A stretch of 64,000 nucleotides of DNA from an uncultured delta proteobacterium (lineage in GTDB: Bacteria > Desulfobacterota > Zymogenia > Zymogenales > Zymogenaceae): positions 192,001 to 256,000 of the forward strand of contig CAWBYW010000007.1 of NCBI GenBank assembly GCA_963792965.1. The letters are read 5' to 3'. The notes below the pieces were generated by a model, which saw only the letters and a list, made by a program, of their open reading frames with translations, did no database searches and was not told where the DNA came from. Made by a program: the position numbers and the translations under genes. Within the stretch, counting starts at the first letter, position 1, and every line of letters starts with the position of its first letter. Shown one piece after another: positions 39,559 through 49,738 of the stretch.

Positions 39559-41712
39559 TCACACGATCCGCTGAACGCTGATAACATCCTTCACCTTTTC
39601 CACCGACCTGATGACCTTTCTGAGATGCTCCAGATCGCTGATCTGGAGGGCAAATTCGCACCTGGCTTTGTTGTCGTCCATTGTACGGGCAACCACCTCG
39701 GCGATATTGGCCTCCGCGTCTGATATAGCTTCCGCAATCGAGGCCAGTACGCCCTTCTTGTCCTCGCAGACCACCATTATCCGCGCCTTATAGACGTTCT
39801 TCTCGCTGACGTCCCACTGGACGTCAACGATCCGTTCCGCCGGCAGATCCAAGACATTCGGGCAATCCATCGTATGTATGGTGACCCCCCTGCCCCTGGT
39901 GATGAACCCGACGATCTTGTCTCCCGGGACGGGATTGCAGCAGTTGGCAAACTTCGTCATGATATCATTGACGCCCTTGATCAGGACGCCCCCGGCCTTG
40001 CTTCCCTTCTTTTCCGCCTTCCGCTTCTTTGCCGACTCCTCGGCAGCCGCCGGCTCGGACGCCTTGATCTCTTCCTTGGGAACGAAAAATTCAACAATTT
40101 GCTGGGCCGATATCCGCGCGTTGGCGACCTTCGAGACGAGATCGTCGAGATCCTTCGTCTTAAGGCTCTCGATGGCCGACTTCATCGTCTGAGAATGCAT
40201 GTGTTTCTGGAAGCTGAGGCCGAACTTTCGGAACTCCTTGTCGAGGATCTCCTTGCCGAAGCTGATGCTTCGCTCCTTTTGTTCGTTGATCAGCCAGTGC
40301 TTGATCTTCTGCTTCGCCTTCGAGGTCACCACCAGACGGAGCCAGTCCTTGCTCGGTTTCTGTTTGTTGTTTGTGACGATCTCGACGATGTCGCCGTTTA
40401 GGAGCTGGTAGCGTATCGGGACGAGCTTGCCGTTGACCTTAGCGCCGACACACTTGTTGCCGACGTCAGTGTGGATCGCGTAGGCAAAATCAATAGGGGT
40501 TGCCCCCTTCGGGAACGCCTTGACCTCTCCCTTGGGCGTGAAGACGTAGACTTCTTCCGGGAAAAGATCGACCTTCACGGTTTTTAAAAACTCGGCCGGA
40601 TCTTTGAGGTCCTGCTGCCATTCGATGAGGCGCTGCATCCAGTCGTAGCTCTTCAGGTCCTGTTTCTTAATCCCCTCTTTCCCCTCCTTATATCGCCAGT
40701 GGGCCGCGATACCTTTTTCCGCGATTTTGTGCATCTCTTCGGTCCTGATCTGCACCTCGATCCGCTCGCCGTACGGACCGATCACCGTCGTGTGGAGGCT
40801 CTGGTACATATTCGGCTTGGGCATCGCAATATAGTCTTTGAAGCGGCCGGGAACGGGCTTCCAGAGTGAATGGATGATGCCCAGCGTCCCATAGCAGTCT
40901 TTGAGGGAATCGACGATGATGCGAAAAGCGATCTTATCGTAGACCTCGTCGAACCCGACCTCCTGGTCACGCATCTTGGAGTAGATGCCGTACATATGCT
41001 TGATCCGACTCTGGAGGCGGGCTTCAATGTTGTTTTTCTTAAGCTCCTTCTCGATAATGGAAAGGACCTCCTTTGAGTACTTATCGATCTCCTTCTTTTT
41101 CGATTCGAGTCTATCGGACATCTCTTTATAGACGTCAGGCCGTAAGGTCTCAAACGCCAGGTCTTCAAGCTCGGTCTTGATCCAGCCGATACCGAGGCGA
41201 TTTGCCAGCGGTGCGTAGATATCCATCGTTTCCTGGGCGACCGCTTCCCGGCGGTCGGGCGGCAGATACTGGATCGTCCTCATGTTATGGAGCCGGTCGG
41301 AAAGCTTGATGAGGAGGACCCGGATATCCTTCGCCATGGCGAGGATCATCTTGCGAAAGTTTTCGGCCTGGCGCTCCTCGGTGTTGGAAAAGCTCATCCG
41401 CGAGATCTTCGTGAGGCCGTCAACAAGATGCTTGATCTCGGGCCCGAAGACCTTCTCGATTTCGTCGATGGTGGTCAGCGTATCCTCAACGGTATCGTGT
41501 AGGAGTCCCGTGGCGATCGTGGGGACGTCCATCGTCAGCTCGGTGAGGATGTAGGCGACTTCGAGGGGGTGCGTCAGATACGGCTCACCCGACAGGCGGG
41601 TCTGCCCCTGATGGACCTTCGCGGAAAAGACGTAGGCCCGCTGGATTACCTCGAGATCCGCGTCCGGAAGGTAGGATTGAACCTTATCGGTGATATCGTT
41701 GAGACGTATCAT
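39559..41712 (-). CDS. rel: Bifunctional (p)ppGpp synthetase/hydrolase (RelA/SpoT homologue)
   Basis: LLHDTVEDT HD domain, RFKDYI, YQSLHTT, EVQIRT, TGS domain, ANCCNPVPGD, ACT. Confidence 0.96.
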   Translation of the reverse strand: MIRLNDITDKVQSYLPDADLEVIQRAYVFSAKVHQGQTRLSGEPYLTHPLEVAYILTELTMDVPTIATGLLHDTVEDTLTTIDEIEKVFGPEIKHLVDGLTKISRMSFSNTEERQAENFRKMILAMAKDIRVLLIKLSDRLHNMRTIQYLPPDRREAVAQETMDIYAPLANRLGIGWIKTELEDLAFETLRPDVYKEMSDRLESKKKEIDKYSKEVLSIIEKELKKNNIEARLQSRIKHMYGIYSKMRDQEVGFDEVYDKIAFRIIVDSLKDCYGTLGIIHSLWKPVPGRFKDYIAMPKPNMYQSLHTTVIGPYGERIEVQIRTEEMHKIAEKGIAAHWRYKEGKEGIKKQDLKSYDWMQRLIEWQQDLKDPAEFLKTVKVDLFPEEVYVFTPKGEVKAFPKGATPIDFAYAIHTDVGNKCVGAKVNGKLVPIRYQLLNGDIVEIVTNNKQKPSKDWLRLVVTSKAKQKIKHWLINEQKERSISFGKEILDKEFRKFGLSFQKHMHSQTMKSAIESLKTKDLDDLVSKVANARISAQQIVEFFVPKEEIKASEPAAAEESAKKRKAEKKGSKAGGVLIKGVNDIMTKFANCCNPVPGDKIVGFITRGRGVTIHTMDCPNVLDLPAERIVDVQWDVSEKNVYKARIMVVCEDKKGVLASIAEAISDAEANIAEVVARTMDDNKARCEFALQISDLEHLRKVIRSVEKVKDVISVQRIV

Positions 41713-41902
41713 GCTTCTGTTCGGCCGGTTCTTCCAATGACCGGCACCTTCTCACTGTCTTGTCACGGAGTCCGGAGACAAGTCGTTGTCGCAAGCCTTA
41801 ATTGGCTTGGGCTCTTCGATTACACAGTAGATTCACGTTATCCCTCCCCAGTATCACCATCTATCCGCGAAAAGAATACGTGGTGGGAAAGAATACGATT
41901 GA

Positions 41903-42965
41903 CTATTTACGCGCCATCTTATCGATCTCGTCCATCAAGGCGTCCACCATCTCGGCCTCCTTGAGCTTCCTGATGATCTTTCCTTTCTTGAACAGGAGTC
42001 CGTATTTCTTTCCTCCGCAGATCCCTATGTCGGCCTCCCGGGCCTCGCCCGGGCCGTTAACCTCACATCCCATGACGGCGACGGTTATCGGGAGCTCGTA
42101 ACCGGCAAGACGGGTCTCGACCTGTTGGGCCATCGAGACGATATCCATCTCGGTCCTCCCGCACGTGGGGCAGACGATTACTTCGACGCCCCTTTTGGCG
42201 AGCCCGAGGGACGAGAGAATCGTATAGGCGCACATTACCTCCATGAGGGGATCCCCCGCAAGGCTCACGCGGATCGTGTCGCCGATTCCCTCCGACAAAA
42301 GGACCCCGATCCCAACCGATGACTTGACGGCCCCCCGAAAAACGGTCCCCGCCTCCGTTACCCCCACGTGAAGGGGATAATCCGTGACCCGGGAGATCGA
42401 TCGGTAGGCCGCGATCGTATCCATGACACCGGTCGACTTCAGCGACAGTTTGATGTTAGTGAATCCCCACCCCTCGCAGAGGTGGATTGATCTCAGAGCG
42501 CTCTCCACCAGGGCGTCGGGAAGTGGCGCGCCGTATTTTTTTAACAGGTCCTTTTCGAGCGACCCGGAATTGACGCCGATTCGGATGGCGACTTTTTCTT
42601 TGCGCGCCCGCTCTACGATCTCAAAAAGCCGCTTCTCGCCCCCTATATTGCCGGGGTTAATGCGAATTCCCGCCGCTCCCCCGTCCATGCTCATGAGCGC
42701 CAGACGCCAGTTGAAATGGATATCCGCGATGATCGGAACCGAAGACCGGCGGACGATCGCCCCGAGGGCTACGGCCGCTTCCTTGTCCTTTACCGCCACC
42801 CGGACGATCCGACACCCGGACTCGGCAAGCGCTTCTATCTGTTGTACGGTGTCGGCGACATTTCTTGTATCGGTCTTGGTCATCGACTGGACGACGACGG
42901 GATTATCTCCACCGATGCTGACGGGGCCGACATTGATAACGCGTGTTTTTCTTTCGTGTGATCAT
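41903..42965 (-). CDS. ispG: HMBPP synthase IspG; extra base in the A-run near 42946-42950
   Basis: VVVQSMTKTDT, ADIHF, RINPGNIG, RIGVNSGSL, GIGDTIRVSL, CPTCGR, MGCEVNGPGEA; ATG 42965 (MITRK) is out of frame by one base. Confidence 0.93.
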
Positions 42966-43510
42966 GGCAGACGAGGTTGAAGGTTCGGTGGTTCTTGTCC
43001 GGCCCTTCGGCCTTGTGAGGGATAGCAGGGAAGACAGGAGTACGTCCCGGACGGAGGCCGGGCAAGGAATAAACGCAGGCCCGTGCTTACCCTCATGTGC
43101 CTTCGGGCACGTGACCTTATCCTCGGTGCGGGCCGGACGGCCTCTCGATAGCTGATGGCGCCGACGACTCTTATCCCGTCGAATCCGAGGAAACGGAACG
43201 GGTCGCCGGTTATGGGTCGATATCCTTAGGGATAGATGTTTATGGTGATGGGTGGTTTGTCTGGAAATGGGTCAAGGGACATCTGCGTTATTCTATCTAT
43301 TCCACATGATCTATTTTCTCTTTTGTAACATAATTTACCTACTTTTACAAATAAATTATAGCCTCAATCGTCTACAACCCGGTAGACGAACGGCCACTCC
43401 ATCGAAAGGACACGGTTAACGTGTGCCGGACCTGCTCGTCGCGCTTTTCAAGATGCCGACGGACTCATCCGGCCGGACGGCGAAAGGAGAAAACGACATG
43501 CGTCTGGGGA

Positions 43511-44174
43511 TTATACGTTCCCATCCTCCTTGTGATGCTTGAGGATCTTTCCCTGTACCATGAAGATCGTATCCTCGCACATGTTCGTCGAAAGGTCGGC
43601 GATCCTCTCAAGCTCGCGGGCGATTCGCAGGATATGGAGGGACCGCTCGATGGTGGTGGGATCCGAGGATCATGAAGGTTATCAGCTCACGGAGTATCTG
43701 CTCGCCGAGGTTGTCGACATCCTCGTCACGCTCGAAGACGCTCTCGGCAAGGGCCGAGTTCTCCTCGACGAATGCGTTGATGCCGTCTTTGAGCATTTGA
43801 ATGGCGATCCCCGCCATGCGGGGCGTGTCGATAAGAGGCTTGACCTGCGGCCGCTCGATCAGAAAAAGCGCGCTCTCGGCCGTATTAACGGCGTGGTCGC
43901 CCATTCTCTCCAGATCGTTATTGATCTGCATGACCATGAGAATCGTACGCACGTCTCTGGCCATCGGCTGATACTGGGCGATGAGGGCGACGCACTGTTC
44001 CTCAATTTCGATTTCGTAATTATTTGCTTTTTCTTCCATCGTATCGATGACCTCTTTGAGCAACGCCTGATTCTTCTTGACCAGGCCGTCGATGCTGCTT
44101 TCGATCATCTTCTCGACGAGTGAGGCAAAATTGATGATATCACGTTTGAGGAGGACTATTCTTTCTTCAAGCAT
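43511..44174 (-). CDS. phoU: Phosphate signalling protein PhoU; frameshift near 43667
   Basis: YQPMARDVR, DLERMGDHAVN, DEDVD; restored C-terminus SDPTTIERSLHILRIARELERIADLSTNMCEDTIF. Confidence 0.92.
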
Positions 44175-44183
44175 ATCCTGATC

Positions 44184-44942
44184 CTAACTGAATTTCCCTG
44201 TTAAATACTCTTCGGTCTTCTTATTCTCCGGAACGGTGAACATCTTCTGGGTCGTACCAAATTCAACCAGCTCGCCGAGATACATAAACGCCGTGTAGTC
44301 CGAGACACGGGCAGCCTGGGCATTGTTATGCGTAACGATGAGGATAGTGACGGTATCCTTCAGCTCCACCATCAGCTCTTCGATGCGGGAGGTCGCCTTG
44401 GGGTCCAATGCCGACGTCGGTTCGTCCAGAAGAATAACCTCGGGCCTCATGGCGAGCGCACGGGCGATACAGAGCCGCTGTTGTTGGCCGCCCGAAAGAA
44501 AAGTCCCCTTACGGTGAAGCACGTCTTTTACCTCGTCCCAGAGGGCCGCTTTTTTGAGGGATTCTTCGACGATCCCGTTCATTTCGTCTCTTGAGAGGTG
44601 AAAGCCGTTCAAACGGTAACCGGCCACGATATTATCGTAGATGCTCATGGTAGGAAACGGATTGGGCTTCTGGAAGACCATGCCGATCTTTCTCCTGACG
44701 AGAATCGGGTTCATGGAGGAGATATCGTCTTGGTGGAGGAATATCTTACCGGTGATCGTCGCGTCGGGCACCAGCTCGTGCATCCGGTTAATGCAGCGGA
44801 TCAGCGTCGTTTTCCCGCATCCGGAGGGGCCCATGATCGCCGTTACCTGATTCTTCGGAAATGACACGGTGACGTCCTTGACGGCACGCTCCTTGTGAAA
44901 AAAGGCCGACAGGTTTTCCGTCCGTAAGAAAGTATCGCTCAT
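44184..44942 (-). CDS. pstB: Phosphate ABC ATPase
   Basis: GPSGCGKTT, FQKPNPFP, LSGGQQQRLCIAR, DEPTSALDP. Confidence 0.97.
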   Translation of the reverse strand: MSDTFLRTENLSAFFHKERAVKDVTVSFPKNQVTAIMGPSGCGKTTLIRCINRMHELVPDATITGKIFLHQDDISSMNPILVRRKIGMVFQKPNPFPTMSIYDNIVAGYRLNGFHLSRDEMNGIVEESLKKAALWDEVKDVLHRKGTFLSGGQQQRLCIARALAMRPEVILLDEPTSALDPKATSRIEELMVELKDTVTILIVTHNNAQAARVSDYTAFMYLGELVEFGTTQKMFTVPENKKTEEYLTGKFS

Positions 44943-45772
44943 CGTCTTGTCACCAGTTTGGTTATGAAGTTCATCGCCAGAACAAACACGACCAGCACAA
45001 AGGATGCCCCCCAGGCGAGCGCATGCCATTCTTTGTAAGGGCTCGTGGCGTACGTGAATATCAATAGTGGAAGCGAATCGACCGGCTTGAGGATGTTGTA
45101 GTTCATGAAGGGGTTACCGAAGGCCGTGAAGAGAAGTGGGGCCGTCTCACCGCCGACCCGGGCGACACCGAGGAGAATGCCCGTGACGATACCGCTCATT
45201 CCCGCCGGGACAATGACCTTCAAGATCGTCTTGTAGTAGGGCACCCCGAGGGCTAGGGAGGCCTCCCTAAGGTCATTAGGGATGAGCTTGAGGGTTTCCT
45301 CGGTCGATTTGATGATCACCGGCAACATCATGACGGCCAGCCCTATTCCGCCTGCGAGGGCCGAAAAGCTCCCGAGCGGGATGACGATCCATGTGTACAC
45401 GACGATACCGATGATGATCGAAGGTATTCCCATAATGACCTCGACCGACATCCTCACCATCTCCGGGATTCTACCCTCGCGGTGCTCGTTGAGGAATATG
45501 CCCGTGGAAATCCCAATCGGCACCGAGAGGCCGGAGGCGATAAGGATAAGCATTAGGGTTCCGACGATCGCATTGATAATCCCTCCGCCCTCTTCACCCA
45601 TCGGCTTCGGCAGTTGCGTCAGGAAATCCCAGTTGATAACGGCGATTCCGTTTTTCACGATATAATACAGGATCAGCAAGAGCGGCACGATGGACATAAA
45701 CGAGAGGATAACTACGATCGCCAAAAAGAGCCGGTTCTTTACTATGCGATAGGGAGTGCTCGAGCTTTTCAT
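44939..45772 (-). CDS. pstA: Phosphate ABC permease
   Basis: GGGIINAIVGT, PSIIIG, LREASLALG, ARVGGETAPL. Confidence 0.96.
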   Translation of the reverse strand: MKSSSTPYRIVKNRLFLAIVVILSFMSIVPLLLILYYIVKNGIAVINWDFLTQLPKPMGEEGGGIINAIVGTLMLILIASGLSVPIGISTGIFLNEHREGRIPEMVRMSVEVIMGIPSIIIGIVVYTWIVIPLGSFSALAGGIGLAVMMLPVIIKSTEETLKLIPNDLREASLALGVPYYKTILKVIVPAGMSGIVTGILLGVARVGGETAPLLFTAFGNPFMNYNILKPVDSLPLLIFTYATSPYKEWHALAWGASFVLVVFVLAMNFITKLVTRR

Positions 45773-45773
45773 A

Positions 45774-46709
45774 TTAGTCTATTCCCACGCTCGTCTTTCT
45801 GATGATATAGCGCCCTACGAGATTGATGATCAGCGTAATGATGAAGAGCAAGAGTCCCACATATATCAGGCTTGCCCGATGCAGTGAGTCGGTCGCCTCG
45901 GCGAACTCGTTGGCTATAACGGACGCCATGGTATTTGCCGGCACGAATATGTTTGCGATCGAGAGAAGGTTTTCCGGCAGTGAGTTGGCGTTTCCGATGA
46001 GCATCGTGACCGCCATCGTCTCTCCGATGGCCCTCCCGAGAGACAGAATGATCCCGGCGATAATCCCCGATCGCGCTGCCGGTAGCACGACCCTCCTGAT
46101 CACCTCAAATCTCGTGGCGCCGAGGCAGTAGGCAGCCTCCTTGAGATCGTTGGGCACAAGCGTAATCACCTCCCGGGCGATTGACGCGGAGTACGGAATG
46201 ATCATGACGGTGAGGACTACGGAGGCCGTCAGTATTCCCACGCCGTAGGGAAGGATGCTACTGTCGATCTTCATGAGGTTCATCTCGAGATCGATCACCA
46301 GCGGCACGAGAAAAAATATTCCCCAGAACCCGTAGATAATTGACGGTATCCCGGCCAGCAGTTCCACGGCGCTCTTGAGCAGGGTTGATATGATCCCCTC
46401 TCGGAAATACTCCCCCAGGAAGAGCGCGATGGAAATCGAAAAGGGGATCGATATGATCAGGGCGATACATGAGGTGACCAGTGTTCCCACGATAAAGGCC
46501 AATGCGCCGAAACTTCCTTTTACGGGGTCCCAGTCCTGACCCGTGATAAATCCGAGGCCGAATTTCCTCATCGATTCAATCGCGTCGATCGGGAGCGTTA
46601 CAAAGAAACTAACCAGAAGGATAAGAATCCCCACGGATGAGGCGATGAGCACCGCCCGGAAGATAAACTCTTTGGTCTTATACGTATCTCTCATGGTGAT
46701 CGACCTCAT
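45774..46709 (-). CDS. pstC: Phosphate ABC permease
   Basis: WDPV, ELLAGIPSIIYG, GRAIGETMAVTM. Confidence 0.96.
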   Translation of the reverse strand: MRSITMRDTYKTKEFIFRAVLIASSVGILILLVSFFVTLPIDAIESMRKFGLGFITGQDWDPVKGSFGALAFIVGTLVTSCIALIISIPFSISIALFLGEYFREGIISTLLKSAVELLAGIPSIIYGFWGIFFLVPLVIDLEMNLMKIDSSILPYGVGILTASVVLTVMIIPYSASIAREVITLVPNDLKEAAYCLGATRFEVIRRVVLPAARSGIIAGIILSLGRAIGETMAVTMLIGNANSLPENLLSIANIFVPANTMASVIANEFAEATDSLHRASLIYVGLLLFIITLIINLVGRYIIRKTSVGID

Positions 46710-46794
46710 CCCCTATAGGGAAGCACCCGGATCATGAGAAAATTCTCGTGGGGCATCGGCGGCGCGGATATCTCGCGGAGCTGACGCCGGTCAT

Positions 46795-47838
46795 CTATTT
46801 CTTGATCGGCCTGCCGTCGTAGGTGATCGACCTGATAATTCGTTCGACCTTTTCCACCGCCGGCTTTGAGATCGGGGCGTACTTGAGCGGCTCACAATAT
46901 TTCTGGCCTTCGTGCGTCATCCACCAGATGAGGGCGACGAGCGTTTGTGCCTTTTCCTTGGATCGTCCGGCGTAGTGCTGCTCCTGATAGAGTATGACCC
47001 ATGTCATACCGGCGATCGGGTACCCGGTGGCCGCATCGGTATCGGTAAGCGTTATCCGCGTATCATCCGGAATCGGCACCTCCGCCGCGACTTTCGTGGA
47101 ATCAAGGTTCGGCCTGATATATTTCCCCTTCTTATTCTGCAGCTCGGCAACGGGCATGTCGTTCTCGAGGGCATAGATCAGCTCGACATATCCGATGCTC
47201 CCGGGCAGGTGTGCAATTTGGCCGGCGACCCCGGGGTTACCCTTGGCGCCGAGACCGGCGGGCCACTTCACCTCCTTACCCGACCCGACCTTTTTGTTCC
47301 ACTCGGGGCTGATCTTGGCCAGATAATCGGTGAAGATGTTGGTGGTGCCGCTCCCATCGGAACGATGCACCACGGTGATGGGGAGCGGCGCCAGCTTCAC
47401 CCCTCCGTTCAGGGCAACGATCGCCTTGTCGTCCCACTTCTTGATCTTCCCAAGGAAGATGTCGGCCAAGAGGGCACGCGAGAGCTTGATCTCCGGGTTG
47501 CCGGGGATATTATAGCTGACCGCCACGGCGCCGAGAGTGATGGGGATATGGAGGATGTTGGCCGGCGCGGCCTTGAGGTCTTCGTTGCTCATGAACGCGT
47601 CGGTCGCCCCAAAATCGACAGTCTTTTTCTTCAGCTGCTCGATACCGGCCCCCGAACCGATCCCTTGATAGTTGACTTTTACCTTGAACTCCTTGTAGTA
47701 GGCGTCAAACATTTTCGAATAAAGGGGCTGAGGGAACGTTGCGCCGGCCCCAAGGAGCTCCGTGTCGGCGGCCGAGGCGATCCGGGCCGTAGCGACTAAA
47801 AGCATCGCAAGAAGGAGCGATCTTAAGAGACGTCTCAT
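46795..47838 (-). CDS. pstS: Phosphate ABC substrate-binding protein
   Basis: GAGATFP, YQGIGSGAG, DFGATD, HRSDGSGTT; AGGAGG SD. Confidence 0.97.
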   Translation of the reverse strand: MRRLLRSLLLAMLLVATARIASAADTELLGAGATFPQPLYSKMFDAYYKEFKVKVNYQGIGSGAGIEQLKKKTVDFGATDAFMSNEDLKAAPANILHIPITLGAVAVSYNIPGNPEIKLSRALLADIFLGKIKKWDDKAIVALNGGVKLAPLPITVVHRSDGSGTTNIFTDYLAKISPEWNKKVGSGKEVKWPAGLGAKGNPGVAGQIAHLPGSIGYVELIYALENDMPVAELQNKKGKYIRPNLDSTKVAAEVPIPDDTRITLTDTDAATGYPIAGMTWVILYQEQHYAGRSKEKAQTLVALIWWMTHEGQKYCEPLKYAPISKPAVEKVERIIRSITYDGRPIKK

Positions 47839-47926
47839 TGAGCACCTCCTTAAAATCGGTTTTATCGTCACGAGCACTATAAATTAAATAGATTATCTCT
47901 CTCCTGTATAGCGGAGATAATCATTC

Positions 47927-47943
47927 TGTAAATATTGTGTAAA
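47927..47943 (-). promoter_or_regulatory. Putative Pho box upstream of pstS
   Basis: Minus strand TTTACA-caata-TTTACA direct repeat with 11-bp period between phoR and pstS. Confidence 0.65.
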
Positions 47944-48010
47944 TTTCCCTCCTTTTCGGCGCTCACCGAATATCCATGTAACGCTGACCGGAAAATACCT
48001 CCACCCCCGG

Positions 48011-49738
48011 CTACGTGAGGCTCTTCTGCGGGATCCGTATGGTGAACTTAGATCCGACACCAACACGGCTTTCAACCTCGATATCTCCTCCGTGAAATAG
48101 GACGATCTGCTTCACGATCGAGAGGCCAAGGCCCGTCCCACCGAGCCTCCGGGCGCGGGATTTATCGACGCGATAGAATCGATTGAATATCTTCCCGATA
48201 TCGTCCCTCGGTATGCCGATTCCGGTATCGGCGATTTCGGCGGTGAATAGGTCGTCGCGCGCCATCAACGAGATTGTTATTCCGCCCTTTTCCGTATATT
48301 TTATCGCATTGTCGATAACGTTTATGAACATCTGTTCCAGCCAAAAGGGATCGGCGCTGATGACCGGCGCCTTATGACCGGCGTCGATAGTTATCGTCAG
48401 CCCCTTTTGTTTGATCTTATCGTCAAACATCTCGCTGATGTCCTGAACCATCTCCCCCACGTCTACGCTCCCGATTTCAAGCGGGACATCCTTCTCCTCA
48501 AATTCTGAGAGGAGCAAGAGATCTTTTATGATATCGATCATCCGATCGGTGTTTCTTCTGATAATCTCGATGTAATCTTTCCTCTTCCGCTCATCGGCCG
48601 TCTGGAGGGTCTCGATGAATCCCTTAATGGATGTAAGTGGCGTGCGCAGCTCGTGGGAAACGTTGGTCACGAACTCCTTCTTGGCCAGTTCGAGCTGCTT
48701 GATATCGGTTATGTCATGGAAGACGGCAACGATCTCATCGGTCGATTCGATTGAGGATACGCCGCACGCGTAAATTCGATTGGCTATGTGGACCTCATCA
48801 TGCCTGTTTTGCCGATCGCGCTTTACCCCTTCGATCAGTTCCCCCACGCTCAGGTCCCTCATCACCTCCCAATAATACTTTCCCGAGATGGGCGTATCAT
48901 GAGCGATCTTCGTAAGGCTCTCATTGAAAAGGACGATCCTTCCGCTTTCGTCGAGGACCAACAGCGCTTCGTCAATCGAAGAGATGATCTGCAAGAGCTC
49001 ATCCTTGCGCTGGGATACCTGGTTAAACAGAAGCTGTATCCTTTCCGTCATGTAGTTAAACCGATCGCCCAGGTCTTTGAGCTCATCATTGCGATCTATG
49101 AAGACGCGAACGCCGAAATCCCCCTGCGCCACCCTTTTTGCCGCGTGGCCGAGCTCCGAGATCGGACGCGAGAGGCTCGCGGAAAATACCGCGGACATCA
49201 AGATCGAAAGGAAAAGCACAGACAGAAAGATTATAACAAATACATGCGTGGGCATCGATCCAATGCCCTGATCGACCGGAAGGGTTACCATAATGACGCC
49301 GACGATTTCGTTTCCGCGCCTGATCGGGGCCGTCGCCGTGAGCATCTTCCGACCGATGACCGTCTCCTCATCGACGCGCGTCTCGGCGATGCCGTTAAGC
49401 GCGTCGATAAATTCGCGGCCCCCGGAAACGTTCCTAAGAGAGATGGGGGCTCTTCCGGTATCCGCGCGTACGCCTCCCGTTCGGTCCAGAACGACGATTC
49501 GCTCACTATACCCGAGGTGGGCTCCTCCGATGGCTTCACGGAGAGCCGCCTCACCCGCTTCCATATAGGGCGAGACAACCAACGCCATCGAGACGGAGAG
49601 ATCGCTCATAATCGACCCCATCGCGTCGGCATGATAGAATTGGATCGTTTGATAGAACGAGACAAATATGACAATCGTGAGAACGATCGTAATGAGGGAA
49701 TGGATGACCAGAATTTTCAGGAAGAGTCTGCTTTTCAT
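48011..49738 (-). CDS. phoR: Sensor histidine kinase (HAMP-PAS-HisKA-HATPase), PhoR-type
   Basis: Two TM segments, NVSHELRTPLTSIKG, NAIKY, RFYRVDKSRAR..GGTGLGL; adjacent to pst genes. Confidence 0.92.
   Translation of the reverse strand: MKSRLFLKILVIHSLITIVLTIVIFVSFYQTIQFYHADAMGSIMSDLSVSMALVVSPYMEAGEAALREAIGGAHLGYSERIVVLDRTGGVRADTGRAPISLRNVSGGREFIDALNGIAETRVDEETVIGRKMLTATAPIRRGNEIVGVIMVTLPVDQGIGSMPTHVFVIIFLSVLFLSILMSAVFSASLSRPISELGHAAKRVAQGDFGVRVFIDRNDELKDLGDRFNYMTERIQLLFNQVSQRKDELLQIISSIDEALLVLDESGRIVLFNESLTKIAHDTPISGKYYWEVMRDLSVGELIEGVKRDRQNRHDEVHIANRIYACGVSSIESTDEIVAVFHDITDIKQLELAKKEFVTNVSHELRTPLTSIKGFIETLQTADERKRKDYIEIIRRNTDRMIDIIKDLLLLSEFEEKDVPLEIGSVDVGEMVQDISEMFDDKIKQKGLTITIDAGHKAPVISADPFWLEQMFINVIDNAIKYTEKGGITISLMARDDLFTAEIADTGIGIPRDDIGKIFNRFYRVDKSRARRLGGTGLGLSIVKQIVLFHGGDIEVESRVGVGSKFTIRIPQKSLT

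Noticed and set aside
43152-43212. Hammerhead-like core CTGATGG...GAAAC
   Set aside because: Core has G at the A9 position, and stems I and III cannot be formed convincingly
46912-47799. Long antisense ORFs (also 668-1444, 2114-3124, 4725-5849, 48788-49753, 56011-57246)
   Set aside because: Shadow frames opposite well-supported genes in GC-rich DNA, with no motifs
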